From: Corallochytrium limacisporum Hawaii
Taxonomy: Eukaryota; Protista; Pluriformea
Direction of reading: 5' to 3'
Length of the DNA: 64,000 bases
Assembly: GCA_002811645.1 (NCBI GenBank)
Contig: PDIP01000045.1
Coordinates: 1 to 64,000, forward strand
Under the pieces are notes generated by a model. That model was given only the letters and a program-made list of their open reading frames with translations. It did no database searches and was not told the origin of the DNA. Positions 1-12,912 of this stretch are shown piece after piece. Numbering within the stretch: the first letter of the stretch is position 1; the number at the start of each line of letters is the position of its first letter. The position numbers and the translations under genes were made by a program.

Positions 1-1419
1 TAGATTTGTTTTCCTCATGGAAAGCATTTCTCTCTCCTCTCTCTCTCTATACACTCTACTTTTCTTCTTCCCTTGTAACATTCCAAAACCCTCCTCTCTT
101 CTATTATATCCTGGCTTTGCAACCAGTCTCTACTATACTAATGCATCTCTTGCATTTTTCTTGTGCTCTGTTATTCTACATCCGGACCTCTCAAAGTTCG
201 GCGGCCCCAATCGTACTCTCCCCCCAGAAGTTGGCCCCCGCCTCGCTTGTGCTCTCATCCCCTCTTCCTGCCCCTACCAAGACACCCACCCAGTACTTGT
301 GGTGTCTTGTCGTCAAAGAGCACTTAGTGTCATCCGGACTAGAATTGGGCTTTCATGCCCGGTCTCTCATTCCGGGAAGAATCACTGGAGAGCCGGCGAG
401 CACGCGCGTTCCGAAGTGAAAGACTAATCAAATACAAAAATACATATATGTAATAAACATATTTCTAAGTTTTTAGGCACACCTGGCATCGTCGCTGTTC
501 TAAAAACCTTCTCTACGTAAGATTAGTGCCCTCTCATTCGACAGCCTTTTCCAGTCTAGACGTCAATGATTGGCCAGATGTTCACAACTTACTAAATACA
601 GTCATTTATCCTAATGCTGCAGTGCTCGGGAAATTGGGCTCGGAGTCCTAGGTATGAAAATCTCCGAAGGAAACATCTTCCCGCCTTACCAATCATTTGC
701 CACTGGCCAAGTGATCTTTACTTCACATCAGCAAAACTGCTAGCGAACAATTCCGGTCGCATGAGTAGGAAAAGGAAATACGGAGGCGGACCTATCTATT
801 CGAATCTTGGCGCTATACATCAGTTGCGCTGGATGGAACGTTGGCTCAGCCACTTTACCTTACCTACTGTGCGCCAAAGTGCTAAGCGGTTCCCTTTCTC
901 CGCAGGGTGGAGAACAGGAAGACAGTGCTGTGACTACCGCAAGGGCACTGGTGAACGCCGAGTACAGTGCGCGGACGCACGTGTGGAGAACCCTCTGTTT
1001 ACGTCTACCTTCATACACATCATAGCATCCACTTCCCGACAGATGAAGCACACTGATGCGGCAACGGCGGCCCTCATTCTACTGTCTCATCTAGCTCACC
1101 GGGCTCCCAAACTCCTCTGCTCTTAGTGCGCTCTCCCCCCTTCTCAGCTCTCGTATCCCACCACGGGAAATGATGCTCTCAGCTCTCGCCCGTCCTCACT
1201 TACTGAAGGGAAATATTTGAGAACTTGACCTATGTAGTATAAATTTTCCATATTATTCTCTCAACTACGAATTTCTACGTTTCTCAAAATCCATGACCGC
1301 GAGAATGTCTTCGGAAATAGTGACTCCACCAGATCTCCTGCCCAGCAAGAAGTCATTTTAAATAGACTCCCGTAATTCGCGCGCCCTCTTTTCACAAGTT
1401 CTTCTCTCCATCCGAACAG

Positions 1420-1528
1420 GTTTGTATGCTACGCTCTGCTGTGATGCCAGAAGAAGCAGTGCAGAGTATCAATGCCGGGAGAATCTAACTAACTAAGTCT
1501 ACCTGGATACGCTCTCGGTAACACATAG
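1420..1528 (+). other. Candidate spliceosomal intron in an apparently non-coding transcript
   Basis: cag|GTTTGTATG donor (same 9-mer as MORN5 intron 1), ACTAAC branch at 1488-1493 and ACATAG acceptor 36 nt after the branch A. Length 109 nt. The geometry matches the five coding introns, but the flanking exons give no convincing ORF. Confidence 0.35.
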
Positions 1529-4500
1529 CTCGCTTTCGCTGTTTCCACAAGTTGGGGATCCTTTTTTCTCAAAGAAATGTAGACTTCAGCAAATTTCGGG
1601 GATCCAACTCCCAAGGAAGAAAAGTGAGCTCGGATTGCCTATCTGAGCTTTGTACTGACCACGGTTGCTCAACATGTCAACGTTTGCGCAAAATTTTAAC
1701 TTCTTGAGTATCTCTACCGTTTTTGTGCGCCATAACCCACCGTAGTAGATAGTTCAACGTTGTCGCTATTGCCACTCGCTCTCTCTTCTTTTCTTATCTG
1801 CCTTCTGCTGTCGCTGCTAGTTCCGAAGACGGTCAACAAATGTTCAATTTTAGGCATAAACGTTGTTGTGTCCCCAAAATACAACATCAACCTCAAAATT
1901 CTCCTCCTCCTCCCCCCGTCCTCGTTCCTTGAGATTGCCCCACCGATACACCCGTTCGATGACGAAAGAGGATAAATGACTTGAGCAATGTACAGGATAC
2001 CAGTATGCTACGTTCGCTGCCTTGCCCGTAAAGTCTCTCTGTCCGTTCCATAAGAGAAAAAAAGACTGACGCACGTACGCAGACACCAAGTTGTGGTCCC
2101 AAAACACCCAATAGATGCATACATTTGCTATTTATCTCTGTGGACGGGAGATTTCCTTTACTCTCTGTTACTACACCCTCCAATTTTGCGTACCTGCCAT
2201 GCGACTCTGACACCAGGGTCATGCAGAATTCTGACCCCACTGCGCACCCTTACCGCTGGTCACAATGATGTGTGCACGCAGATCACCCAAGTATCATCGT
2301 TTTTAAAGAAGCTCTCTCTTTTCTCTTTTACAGTGGCTGGAAAAGCGAGGACATACATGGTGTTTCTCGTATAGGTTACGCATCCACGATCGACAGAAGT
2401 ATTCTTCACGGCTACTTCGTGGGGAGGGCTTGAGAGAATTCTTTCAAAATTGTCCTTGGGGGACTGTGGAGGTTTCCACTCTTGTTTCAATCACAGCGTG
2501 GACGTGTCCGGTCCACAGTCTGTCGAGGTCAGCTCCCGCAGGCCATACCTCCACGGTTTCGTTCATGAAAGGTGACACTCTATCTGCGACCACTCTCTAT
2601 TCTGTGTGGCATTCCACCACCATTTCATTCGTTCGAGGAAAGTTGCTATTGTCGTTGAACCATACCAAAAAGTAGCTATTTTTTCGTCATTCTCCCGCAT
2701 TCCAGATTTTGATGCAGTGCTTGTCCTTCTTTCAGAGGATAAGTGAGAATTAGACGCAAAAGGGCTTTATTGAGACTGAGTCATGTATCGGGGCCGACAA
2801 TCTCAACCAGAAGTACAAATGGGATCTGTTGCGGGAAGATGAATACGCATTTGTGGCGAGTAGATACGGCGTACCGATAATGCCGAAGGTCTGGAGGGTA
2901 CGTCTCCGCTTCTCCTTGTTAGTCCCGCATACACTTTTTGGGGTTCATAGCTTATCCTTATCCTTATATACAGCCTTAGATTATCTCACAACTACCACAG
3001 GACTGGCATCAGTAGCACATTGGCAACCGAGAAAAACTCGATACTAAGGCTTACAACCTGCATGGTCCTGCTGTGTACTATACCAAGTGCACAGTGGATT
3101 ATGTTCGCTTGTTGCATGCTGATGGATGGTCTTTCGTGTCTATTCAAACGATTGTGAAGCAGTCGTGATCCAAGGTTATTATTGTCTCCTTCCACCCCGC
3201 CTCTGCTTCGCCCTCATCCTCCCTCACATTGTCGTCAGACCCCATGTGCTTTCCCGTGCTCTCGCCTATTCATCTCTCCCCTCATCAATTTGAACGAGAT
3301 ATCTGCGAACTTGTACAGCAGTAGTCGTGGTGTTCTCCACGGAGACAACAGTTCTTTGATTCACTCTTCTCGTTTTAGTGGTTGGCATGTCAGAGTGCAC
3401 ATGGACGTAGCACACAGGAAGTCCTGGACTTGGGAGCTTTCTATCCCCATACCGCATCGATACAAGCCGTACCATCGTACTCGTCGTTGCGCTCGATCTC
3501 CAATATTCCTTCGACATCTACCATCCCCGTTCAGACATGCTCGAGCACAGGCATAGGAGTCGGAAGATGAGCAGTGTGAGTACCTTGAATTTTAATCTAC
3601 GGAGTGCGCTCGCCACTACGGTAGTTTTAGCAAGCGACGCTTGGAAGAGCCAGACTGCCCCTCCCCCCGCTGGGATCGCGCGGACATGAACAGGTGCCAT
3701 CTACAGCCCTCTGCACAATCTCATCAAATCGATATACACAAGGTCCGAAGGAGATCAGGTTCTGTGCCCACTGTACGGATCAAATACTCTGCCATCTATA
3801 CTTGAGATACTCCACATTGCAATGACTCACTTTCGAGGTTTCGTATTGTTGAATAGGAGAACGTAGATCGCGGATAGCTTTAGATGCATTTGACTACCAA
3901 CCAATCGTTGAGTGTATCCACATGCGCGCACATTTGGACATCAACTTGGTCGGTTCCAAGACCTTTTGCTTTGTCCGGGTTTCCAATGAAACGTCGGGCA
4001 GCAAACGTTCGATGTCTCCCTGTCCATAGCTTGGGATTAAGAGAGCGATTTGCATGAGATCGATGGATTCCCCCCCGCCCCTCTAATACCAAACACCGCT
4101 TCTCCCCTGCACTGTCGTTTAGTACAATTTGAGGGGAAGGGAAGTAGGCAACGAGTGCCGACTCAAACAGAAAAAGGGTATGGCCACAGAAACGAGAGTC
4201 AACCTCGGTTTACTCCGTACCACGAGCCTAAGGGAGCGGCACCTCCCAGATGAAGGAGGAATTGCCACCGTTAGCATAGCGGGATTTGTCCGCTGCAAGG
4301 GCTCTAGGGATCACCACTACCATTCCGTGGTGATTACAAACAACAGCGATCGTCCCAACCCAAAGCCCCCGGCCCGCACAACAGAATTGCAACTCTCCAC
4401 TCAGCAGCTGTAACTTTTCCGAGTTGACCTTGGTCGTGCCGCTCTGTGGTGATGTTGTGGCGACACTTTCCCTGGAACGGATAATGCTCACTATGCCTGT

Positions 4501-7500
4501 GTTGCGGTGTCCGATTTGCTCAATACATATTGTCCGGGACAAAGTCAAAGGCTACGACTGCCGTCGTCCCGCTACAGCCGCGAGGGAAGGGAAGAGATGT
4601 GGTAGGGGCTATCTAAAGCGCAAGAGATTGGTGAATGTCGGGGCCATGGCGGGCAAATGTTGTGGCCGGTAGGGAGAAGTCAAGCTTCCTGGTCCCATCC
4701 ATTCCATACGAGGTCCAGTGACCTAGAGCGCGGGTGCATTGCGGTAAACAAAATTTCTCTTCCCCTTAGTCGTCCTACCCTAAGATCGATAGTGAATAAA
4801 CTAACAAATTTGGCAGAAAGACGGAGAAGCAAGAGTTGGTGTCAAAATGAGACACCCCCCCCCCCAAATGGGTCGCATACTCCTGCTTGCGCAACAGAAA
4901 CTGGTACTCTACAGCCCACGAACTCAATGCATCTTGCAAGAGTCGGTACTGATCCGTCTATTTAGTATGAAAAGTGGCACAAGTGGATGTGTTTGAGGGC
5001 TTACGATCCACAGGACTCTGAATTGGAAACGTTCGGACAACGACAGCCGCCCAGTAATTGGTGGCGCAGCACAAAGGACGGAGGTGCCTTAAAGGAATGT
5101 GTGTGAACTCAGCGCCGTATCATTCAGCCAGAGAATCTTTTTGTCTTTCTTGTTACCTGCGACCCCTCCCTGTCTCTGGGTCTTCATGTTACGCGATTGC
5201 GGAGACATGGAGATCGTTGTGTCTGATCTTGTATTTGGTCCAGTCCTTGGTTCCATCTGTGTGTTGGTGGCGATATGCCACATGAACGCAACGGAGCCGA
5301 GATGAGCGGAAACTGACTGCCATTAATATTGTGTGCATATTTGGCTTCTCAGGACATCTGGAGGGCATCGTGCGATACATGTCGGTACCAAATGTATCGC
5401 CAAAGCCCGTTCGATGTGTTGCGAGCGTTGTTATCGCAAATGGACTACGACCGAGCATGGAGCACGTCTGTTGCCCCTCTACTAGTTGGCGTGCGTACTA
5501 CCGGGACAAAGAATGCAGCCAGTGCATGTTGGGGCGCTTGTTTGCGATGTCCTGACCATGGCGGTGCTACCCACTGCACATAGCCAACCGAAGTCTCTTT
5601 GGACACCACGATATTATGCTAAGTCTCCGCACTCAATACAGCAGTATAAAATTCGATCAACAACCCGTTCCTCCCCCTCTTGTCTTCGTCTCACCGGGGC
5701 CCGTAAGGGGTTCCTCCCTTCGTTTTGATATTGATGCAACTATTTATCAACACAGATAGATGTAGCTCTTGTGATCCACGGTATCTGTTAAGAATGGACT
5801 GCAGATTTGATAAAGTCATATAAGCGTTACACACGCTCAGACACCGCAAGCGTACGGCCGTGCGGCAGACAATTACCCCTTCGGTCCGCCCACAAATGAC
5901 ATGATTGGCTACATTCCTTTGTCCGATATAGACTTCAGTACGTGGAGTTTGTTCCAGAAAATGGCTTACGATCCAAAAGAGAGCTGTGGCAGTCACCAAA
6001 GAAGTGGTAGAGGATACAGGGGAATGTGAAGTGTATACGGTCGCCCTTGTCAAGAACAGCACCATGCACAGAAAACTACATCCTTCCGATTGGGTAATAG
6101 CCAGATATCTGAGTCATTTGCGACGGGCGCGGCAAAAGAGGCATGCTGTCTACCTGTTTTGTGTGCTGACCCCCTCCCCCATCAATGTGCTCTCCTCACC
6201 CGATTCCTTCACGAAAAAGTTGGTAGCAAAGTCGGGCGGCCAGAAAATAACGAGCTGCAAAAAGCAGAGAGGGAACGCGGGGGTGAATATAACGAATTAG
6301 AGAGGACTATGAAGACGAATAAAATGCATGAATGAATTATGGGGGTTGACATCATTGCGAAGCCGCTATTCGTATTGGACCGGGCCTTTGTTTGACGCTT
6401 TTGCTTCTCACCCGAACGGGAGAATGGACGTGTGAGTGAGAGCACAGAATTTCTCATTGTTGCCAAAATGGACCTTGTGTTGTGCACACGAAACCATTCA
6501 TGGAACACCGAAAGGCGAAGATTACTGTGATCGCGAGAGTTTTTCTCACTTTTCTAACACCAATGGTTCTTTTTTGTAAGGCGCGGTGGACTGGAGAAGA
6601 TTTAGATAGGATCGGATACACGAGCGAGACGAATACTCAGATGCACAAGAAGGTTCCTTTCGCTGGGCACTGCCTTCCTGTGCGGACGAAATGGCGGATA
6701 CGCCTATTTGACTGTGCGCGGCACGTTCCGCTGCCGCCACTCGGACCACATTCGGACGGCCGGGGCTCTTTGAGGACGAAAAAAAAAATGTGGCGGGTGG
6801 CATAGAGAAAACCTACCAATGGTAGTAGTACTATATAAAACTGGGCGGAAAAAATTTCATTGGGAACAAGTTTGCGTGGTTGTGGTGGGTCAAGGCGCAG
6901 ATACTGATTTCTGAAGAAGGATTACGGAGAGCAAAAAAAGTATGAGGCTCTTCTGGCATTTTATGCCTTTCCCTCTATAGTAAGGAATCCTTCCTGTGTC
7001 TGTGACCATGAAATTGGCTGCGGTTCATATGGGTTCAGTTGTATACCCAACAGACCAGTTGATTTCACCACCCCCACCGCCCTGCCTCCCGCGGGGTACC
7101 CCTTCTCCCCCTCTCGAGGCGTCGCATACTCACAAGAATTCCAATTAGAAAGGTCAGACCGCACCTTTGTTCGGAGACAAGTACGCGTGGGCGGAAATAT
7201 TTGAAGTGAGATTAAGTATCGCACGCAAGGTTAATAAGAGAATGCAGAAGAAGAGGCCGGAGGACCCGGGGACAAGGAGGTGTGATAGTGTGAGGGAAGG
7301 ACGATAGGAATGCTGCGCATTGTCTCTTTATGCCATTCCACCTAAAGAACACATCACCGATTCAGCATGCATTGGGAAGGAGGGGGGAGAGGCCACCCTT
7401 GAGGACAGCTGCACAAAGAATGACAGCATCAGGAAAACACAGAGAGCGGCAATGACTAATCGCTCATCACCGGTATCAGTGATAACGTGTACTTACTACT

Positions 7501-9313
7501 GTTCAGTACTTGCAAGCTCGCAACTTTTTGGTTTCTCTTGAAGAAAGTTGAAAGGGAAGTTCAGCAGAGTGGGTCTTCCAATCAGCTTATCATTGCAAAA
7601 CCACTAATGGAAGGCACCTGTGGTGAGGCCAATGGGCTCGTTCGTAAAGCGCGAATGAATTCTGTATTTCACTATCACAAAACAATTTCAGCGTCGGAGA
7701 TATACCCGTTCGTGGAAATTCAGGTCCTTGTCCCCATTCTTCATGGGTGTCAAAATGGCGCGCGTACGTGCTCTGCCTATGAGTGCCTGTCTCTTTTCGC
7801 TGATGACAAGACCGATTGCTGTTCTTGACTTCTCTCCCTTTTTGCCTCTGTGTCTCAAAAATTCATTCCTACTGGTCGTCTTCCTCTCGTCCTCTCTCCG
7901 GTCCTCCACACCGGACAAGAACCAATGCTGGGCCGGTACTTTCTCCCAGCATACAATATTTGCCGCACCATTGGTCCTGCCCCAGTATTCGGTTAATGGG
8001 TCGTTTTACGCCTTACGAGAAGACACACCCACGAAGAAGTGATGATGATTTGCGACTGGTGGTCCGATGATGATGATGATGTTTCTCTGCTAGTGCTAAA
8101 ATATTCACATTTCAAAGAAATAAACCAATGAAAACATCATATAATTGGGTCCGGACGAAAACAAGAAGTTACGGAGCAGGTACTGAATGTGAGAGCCGCA
8201 CCGAGTGCCTTGCGCAGTGGAGGAGAGACCACACATGCAGCAGAAGGAAACGAGGAAGACGTGGAAAAAATTCGCTTTTGCGGCATTAGGTAGGGAGGCT
8301 TTCTAGGTCCACCGTTTGACATCGCCCCCTCCCTCCCCCACATACATTCACACAGTATACACCTCAACATAAGGGACGAACAGATAGCAAGTTTTCAACT
8401 ATCTCGGTCCATGCATCCTCTGCGTGATCGGTATGTCGTGTGGTCTATCGATATTTGTACCCCCCTTCCCCTTCCTTCCCTCCCTCTCCTTTCCTTTTTA
8501 CTGTCTTCCTGTTTCTTGATCTTGCATACCTGCTGGGGCCCGAGCCCGTGCTGTGTGCTATACTGTGCTGTGCTCCGGTAGTCAGGTTACCGGAGAAGGA
8601 AAGAGTCAACAACCAGAGGAGGATGCGAAAAGGAAGGGAGGAAAGGGGGGCCACAATACAAAAACCCAACAGCACATCAACAACAAATGTTGGACCAGTA
8701 AGCAGGCCTACTCTGGGTCCCTCCCCTATCACTTGCTTAAAGTGTTACTCAATCCATCTGGTTCAAGTACAGCAACAGCTCTACCGCAAGCTCCTGAGAC
8801 GGAGGAAGTCAAAGAATCTCCTCCTCCTCCTCTCCCTCTGGTTAGTTCAGTGTGATGTACTATCAGCACCAGTGGCACCGGTAGGTAATGCACCATGGGG
8901 CTTGAAGAGAAGGAGTGAATGTGCCACAGCGCTTCTCTTACGGTGCTCTGGAACAAGAGGAACCTAATCTCTGTGCCCTATCTCTTCCCCTTGTCTTGCG
9001 ATGTGATGGGATGCTTGTGCTTGCATTCTGAATTTTGGAATGCCGCCCAATCCGCGGTCCACTTTTACTGTTCTTGACGAGATGGTGACAGCCTGTACTC
9101 CTGAGGCTTGTACTGTGCGCTCTGGTTGGTGTGATGCAAGAGGCTGGGGGCCCCACCAACTCTCTCATTCCTCCTAAGGTGCACTAGTCTCCCGCCCAGG
9201 GACGCAGCAGTATCGTTTGGTCCGTTCTCCGTGAGAGGGAAGGGGCGTTCCTATGCCTCGGGGGAACAAGAAGCCTCTCCGAACGCTCTGTGGGGTGTGG
9301 GGTGTGGGGGGGT

Positions 9314-9564
9314 NNNNNNNNNNNNNNNNNNNNNNNNNNNNNNNNNNNNNNNNNNNNNNNNNNNNNNNNNNNNNNNNNNNNNNNNNNNNNNNNNNNNNNN
9401 NNNNNNNNNNNNNNNNNNNNNNNNNNNNNNNNNNNNNNNNNNNNNNNNNNNNNNNNNNNNNNNNNNNNNNNNNNNNNNNNNNNNNNNNNNNNNNNNNNNN
9501 NNNNNNNNNNNNNNNNNNNNNNNNNNNNNNNNNNNNNNNNNNNNNNNNNNNNNNNNNNNNNNNN
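9314..9564. other. Assembly gap (N run) flanked by G-rich runs
   Basis: N run preceded by ggggtgtggggtgtggggggg and followed by ggggggccggtggggg. Confidence 0.95.
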
Positions 9565-9967
9565 GGGGGGCCGGTGGGGGCCTCTGGCCCCAGCGGGATG
9601 TTGGGACTATAGGGACCGCTACGGCTGCGGACGACCGGAGAACTCCCCTTGGGATTTGTTCCTCTGCGGATCTAAATGCGTCAGTACAAATTCTTGGGTT
9701 AAACTGATGCAATCGGGAATTGTGGAGTTAAAGAAGGACCAGAACGAATCTCACTGAACGTGCGCAATTGGTTGATTCCAACTAGTGATCCGTGCTGCTA
9801 TTTGACGCATCTTTGCATAGTCTTGCACCATACTTGACTAAGAATCGTTAACCTGCGATCATAGCCGCATAGCGACTGCGTGTGCGCGGCTCTGTGTATC
9901 TAACTGCACTTCACCCTGGGAACCCCCAGACCACATTTTGCACGAACTTCACTTCAACACCTCACAA

Positions 9968-9974
9968 GTAAACA
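9968..9974 (+). promoter_or_regulatory. Canonical forkhead-binding motif GTAAACA just upstream of the Fox ATG
   Basis: Exact RYAAAYA match ending 27 nt before ATG 10001. A single 7-mer can occur by chance. Confidence 0.3.
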
Positions 9975-10000
9975 CTGCACAACACTCCACTTCAGCAACT

Positions 10001-10894
10001 ATGACCACTACCAAGAACACCAAGAACACTGGAACCACCGAACAGGCCCCCAAGGCCGAGGTGGTCAGGCACAACGACGCGGACAAGCCCCCGTACTCGT
10101 ATGCTAACCTCATTGCCCAGGCTATCAGCAACGCCAAAAATGGAAGTCTCACGCTTGCCGGCATTTACGACTGGATCGAGGCAACGTATCCCTTCTACCG
10201 TGGCCTGAAGACTGGCTGGCGTAACTCAATTCGCCACAACCTGAGTTTGCACCAGTGCTTCATGAAATCCGCTAAGGCCAGCCCTGACGGTGGCAAAGGT
10301 TGCCTGTGGTACATCAACCCCGAATACGAAGATCTCGTGCTCAGCGGTGATCTCAAGAGCAACCGCATCCCCAAGAAGAAGACGACCCTTGATCGCAAGA
10401 AGCGCAAGCACCGCGAGAATCTCGAGAACGAAAGGAAGCGCCTACGTATGGAGAAGGCAGAAGCACGTAAGGTGAGTGAGTCAACTACAGTGGTCGAGAA
10501 TGCTATCGACAGCGCCGACCACAGCCCTCTGGCCAGCGGAGAGACCACGCCGGACAACCCCTTGTCTCCTGCTGTTTTCTCTCTGGACGAGGCTCTCCCG
10601 GACGACACTGATGCTATGGAGCCTGGTGCTGAGCTGGACATCGTTCTGTCCAACCTGATTGAGAATGATGACCTCAGCACTGTCGGTCTTGATAGTGACG
10701 AAACGGATGCCTACTGGGGCCTGGTGACTCCTGCCTCTACCACTGGAGAGGCTGAACATGACTTCCTGAGCAAGTCTCCCATGGACAATGACCTCACTGC
10801 CGGTATTGATGAAGAGGTCATTGAAACTGACAACTTCAACAACGATATGAGCGAGTCTCCCTTTGCCGCTTGGCCCGTAGACCTCGCCTTCTAG
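10001..10894 (+). CDS. Forkhead (winged-helix) transcription factor, FoxJ/FoxN-like
   Basis: KPPYSYANLIAQAI...LTLAGIYDWI...YPFY...GWRNSIRHNLSLHQCF...GKGCLWYINP forkhead domain. Basic NLS-like region (RKKRKHR, RKRLR) and acidic C-terminus. First ATG is 10001; the ORF track start is TTG. Confidence 0.95.
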   Translation: MTTTKNTKNTGTTEQAPKAEVVRHNDADKPPYSYANLIAQAISNAKNGSLTLAGIYDWIEATYPFYRGLKTGWRNSIRHNLSLHQCFMKSAKASPDGGKGCLWYINPEYEDLVLSGDLKSNRIPKKKTTLDRKKRKHRENLENERKRLRMEKAEARKVSESTTVVENAIDSADHSPLASGETTPDNPLSPAVFSLDEALPDDTDAMEPGAELDIVLSNLIENDDLSTVGLDSDETDAYWGLVTPASTTGEAEHDFLSKSPMDNDLTAGIDEEVIETDNFNNDMSESPFAAWPVDLAF

Positions 10895-12912
10895 ACTTTT
10901 AGTTATCGAAAACAACTCACATTTTGCACATTAGCTACTTCGTCATCAAACCAAAAAACCACACAAAACAGCACTGTAGACATGAGCACTTACATCTAGA
11001 CGATGCAATGCAATATCAGCATTCAAAACATAATAGTAAAACAACATGTACATCCATAGAGCATAGAAGCTTCGTTTCATTGTGTTAGCGGCCCAAAGAT
11101 GATGTAAGATGCCCCCTGCCACGTCAAGTAGACCAGCAAACTCACTATATTACCGGATTGTCATCTAAGAGACTTTTGCAAAGTCTTTGAGACGATTCCG
11201 ACGTGGGTAACTTAGTCCAGGACGGGTGCAGTCAATGCAGCGAAGACGTCGACAAAGGGAGCGACGTGCCCTTGGTCCCGTTCCGCCTGCCAAGCGGGCG
11301 CCACGTAAGCAAACACTGAAACCCTAGTTTTAACGACTTTAGCTGGACAATCTTTTTTCTTCATATCTTTCTGTTTTTCTGACTTCTTCCTTCTTTTTTC
11401 TAAAGTCTGCTCAAAGGTCCCCGGCTCTCCCTCCCTTTTTTTCATTCCACGATCCTTCATTTGCTTGGGCTTTATCTCCCTCTAAACCCCTCAGCACCCC
11501 CTGGGGGAACAGGATCTTCCCGAATGGTATGGTGAGCAACAGGTCTCGCGATAGGGAAGTTTTGGTTGATGATACAGGGGGCTTGTGTGTGGGAGGACAT
11601 GCAGGTTCGGGTGCTGGGGCAAAGAGGTCTTGGTAGTCCCATGATAGCCCGAAAGAACCAAGAGCATCAGCAGCGATCGAACATACTGCTCACGCAGTAC
11701 GCGCTTGGAATGCCCCTGTCCGAGTTACAGTACCACACCAGTGGTGCCCAACTTTCGCTTTGCACGATTGCTGCGAGAAGGTTCCGGAGCTTAAAAACAG
11801 GCCCCCTTGTGTCATTCTTTGTGGCTTTGACCAACCACACCAGATCCTTTTCTTACTTGGCCCCATCATACTACCGCCACATATTGGTCTAAGCCTACCC
11901 CCCTGAACCTAGAAATGGGAGTCTTTTTTCCCGCAACGACCAGAGAAAGTTAGAAAATCGGAAACGGACCTTTCCTCTCCATGTTCCGTACCCTTCCTTG
12001 GGCAATGCGTCAATTCCCTATAGTTTCAGTATTACGTTTGACTAATTCAGATTTTGATTTCAGGGAAAGATATGCGGTACTTTCTCTATAGCGCTGATTG
12101 TGACCACGAGGCCCCCTTTGCTCTTCCCTGTCTCCTTTCTGGCCGTTTGGTAACTTTTGGGAATGCATACCGTCAGTACTAGTGGAGTGCTGGTATTAGG
12201 CAACGCGTTGAGTTGATCTATTGCAGGGTGTACTTCTTCGGGAACCCCCCCCTCTCCATCCTCAACTTTCTCGGCTCATTTTCTTCTTTGGCGCCCTGCT
12301 TTTACGATCGATCACTGACTCGGCCAAAACGACTGTGCGTGTCCATACCGTCTGCTCGCGGAGTCACCTCCAACTTGCCATTTGGGAACAAAAAGTATGC
12401 AAGTAATTTCTGCTGTAACACTGAAGCGACTAAGAATACTGAAGGACGCGCGCACCAAAGTGGGAAAGAATTTTGTATTTCTTGCCGGAAACCAACTGAG
12501 ATGGCGTTCTGCAAGGGGGGTGTGCGGCGCCCATTCCCGTCAGGCTCCTCATAATGAGAGCTAGGGGACAGTGTTGTTCACACACACATACGGACATGCC
12601 AAACAAAATTGTGTGGGGATCTAACACAAAAGTCGAGAAAAAGTCTAGCCCAGGGGTCCCGTTTGCGATCCCCTACCGGGCGGCCCATGTGTGGTAGCGA
12701 CAGTGGTTGAACACGGTTCTCGAACGAATTTGGAAGTGATCTGAGTACGTGTTCTAGACAGCCAATTACCTCGGTGTCAACGTCAATCCAGTGCTATCCG
12801 TAAGCGATAGCGAAGGTGTTTTGCAACTGACGCTTCTTCGTACTTCACACGTTTACGACAAAAGCAACCATTGTCTAGGAATGGATCTATACTAGTCTTA
12901 TAAGGTGTAAAC

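Noticed and set aside
8039-8081. GTGATGA as a C/D snoRNA C box
   Set aside because: Part of a (GAT)n microsatellite, with no suitably placed CTGA D box or terminal stem.
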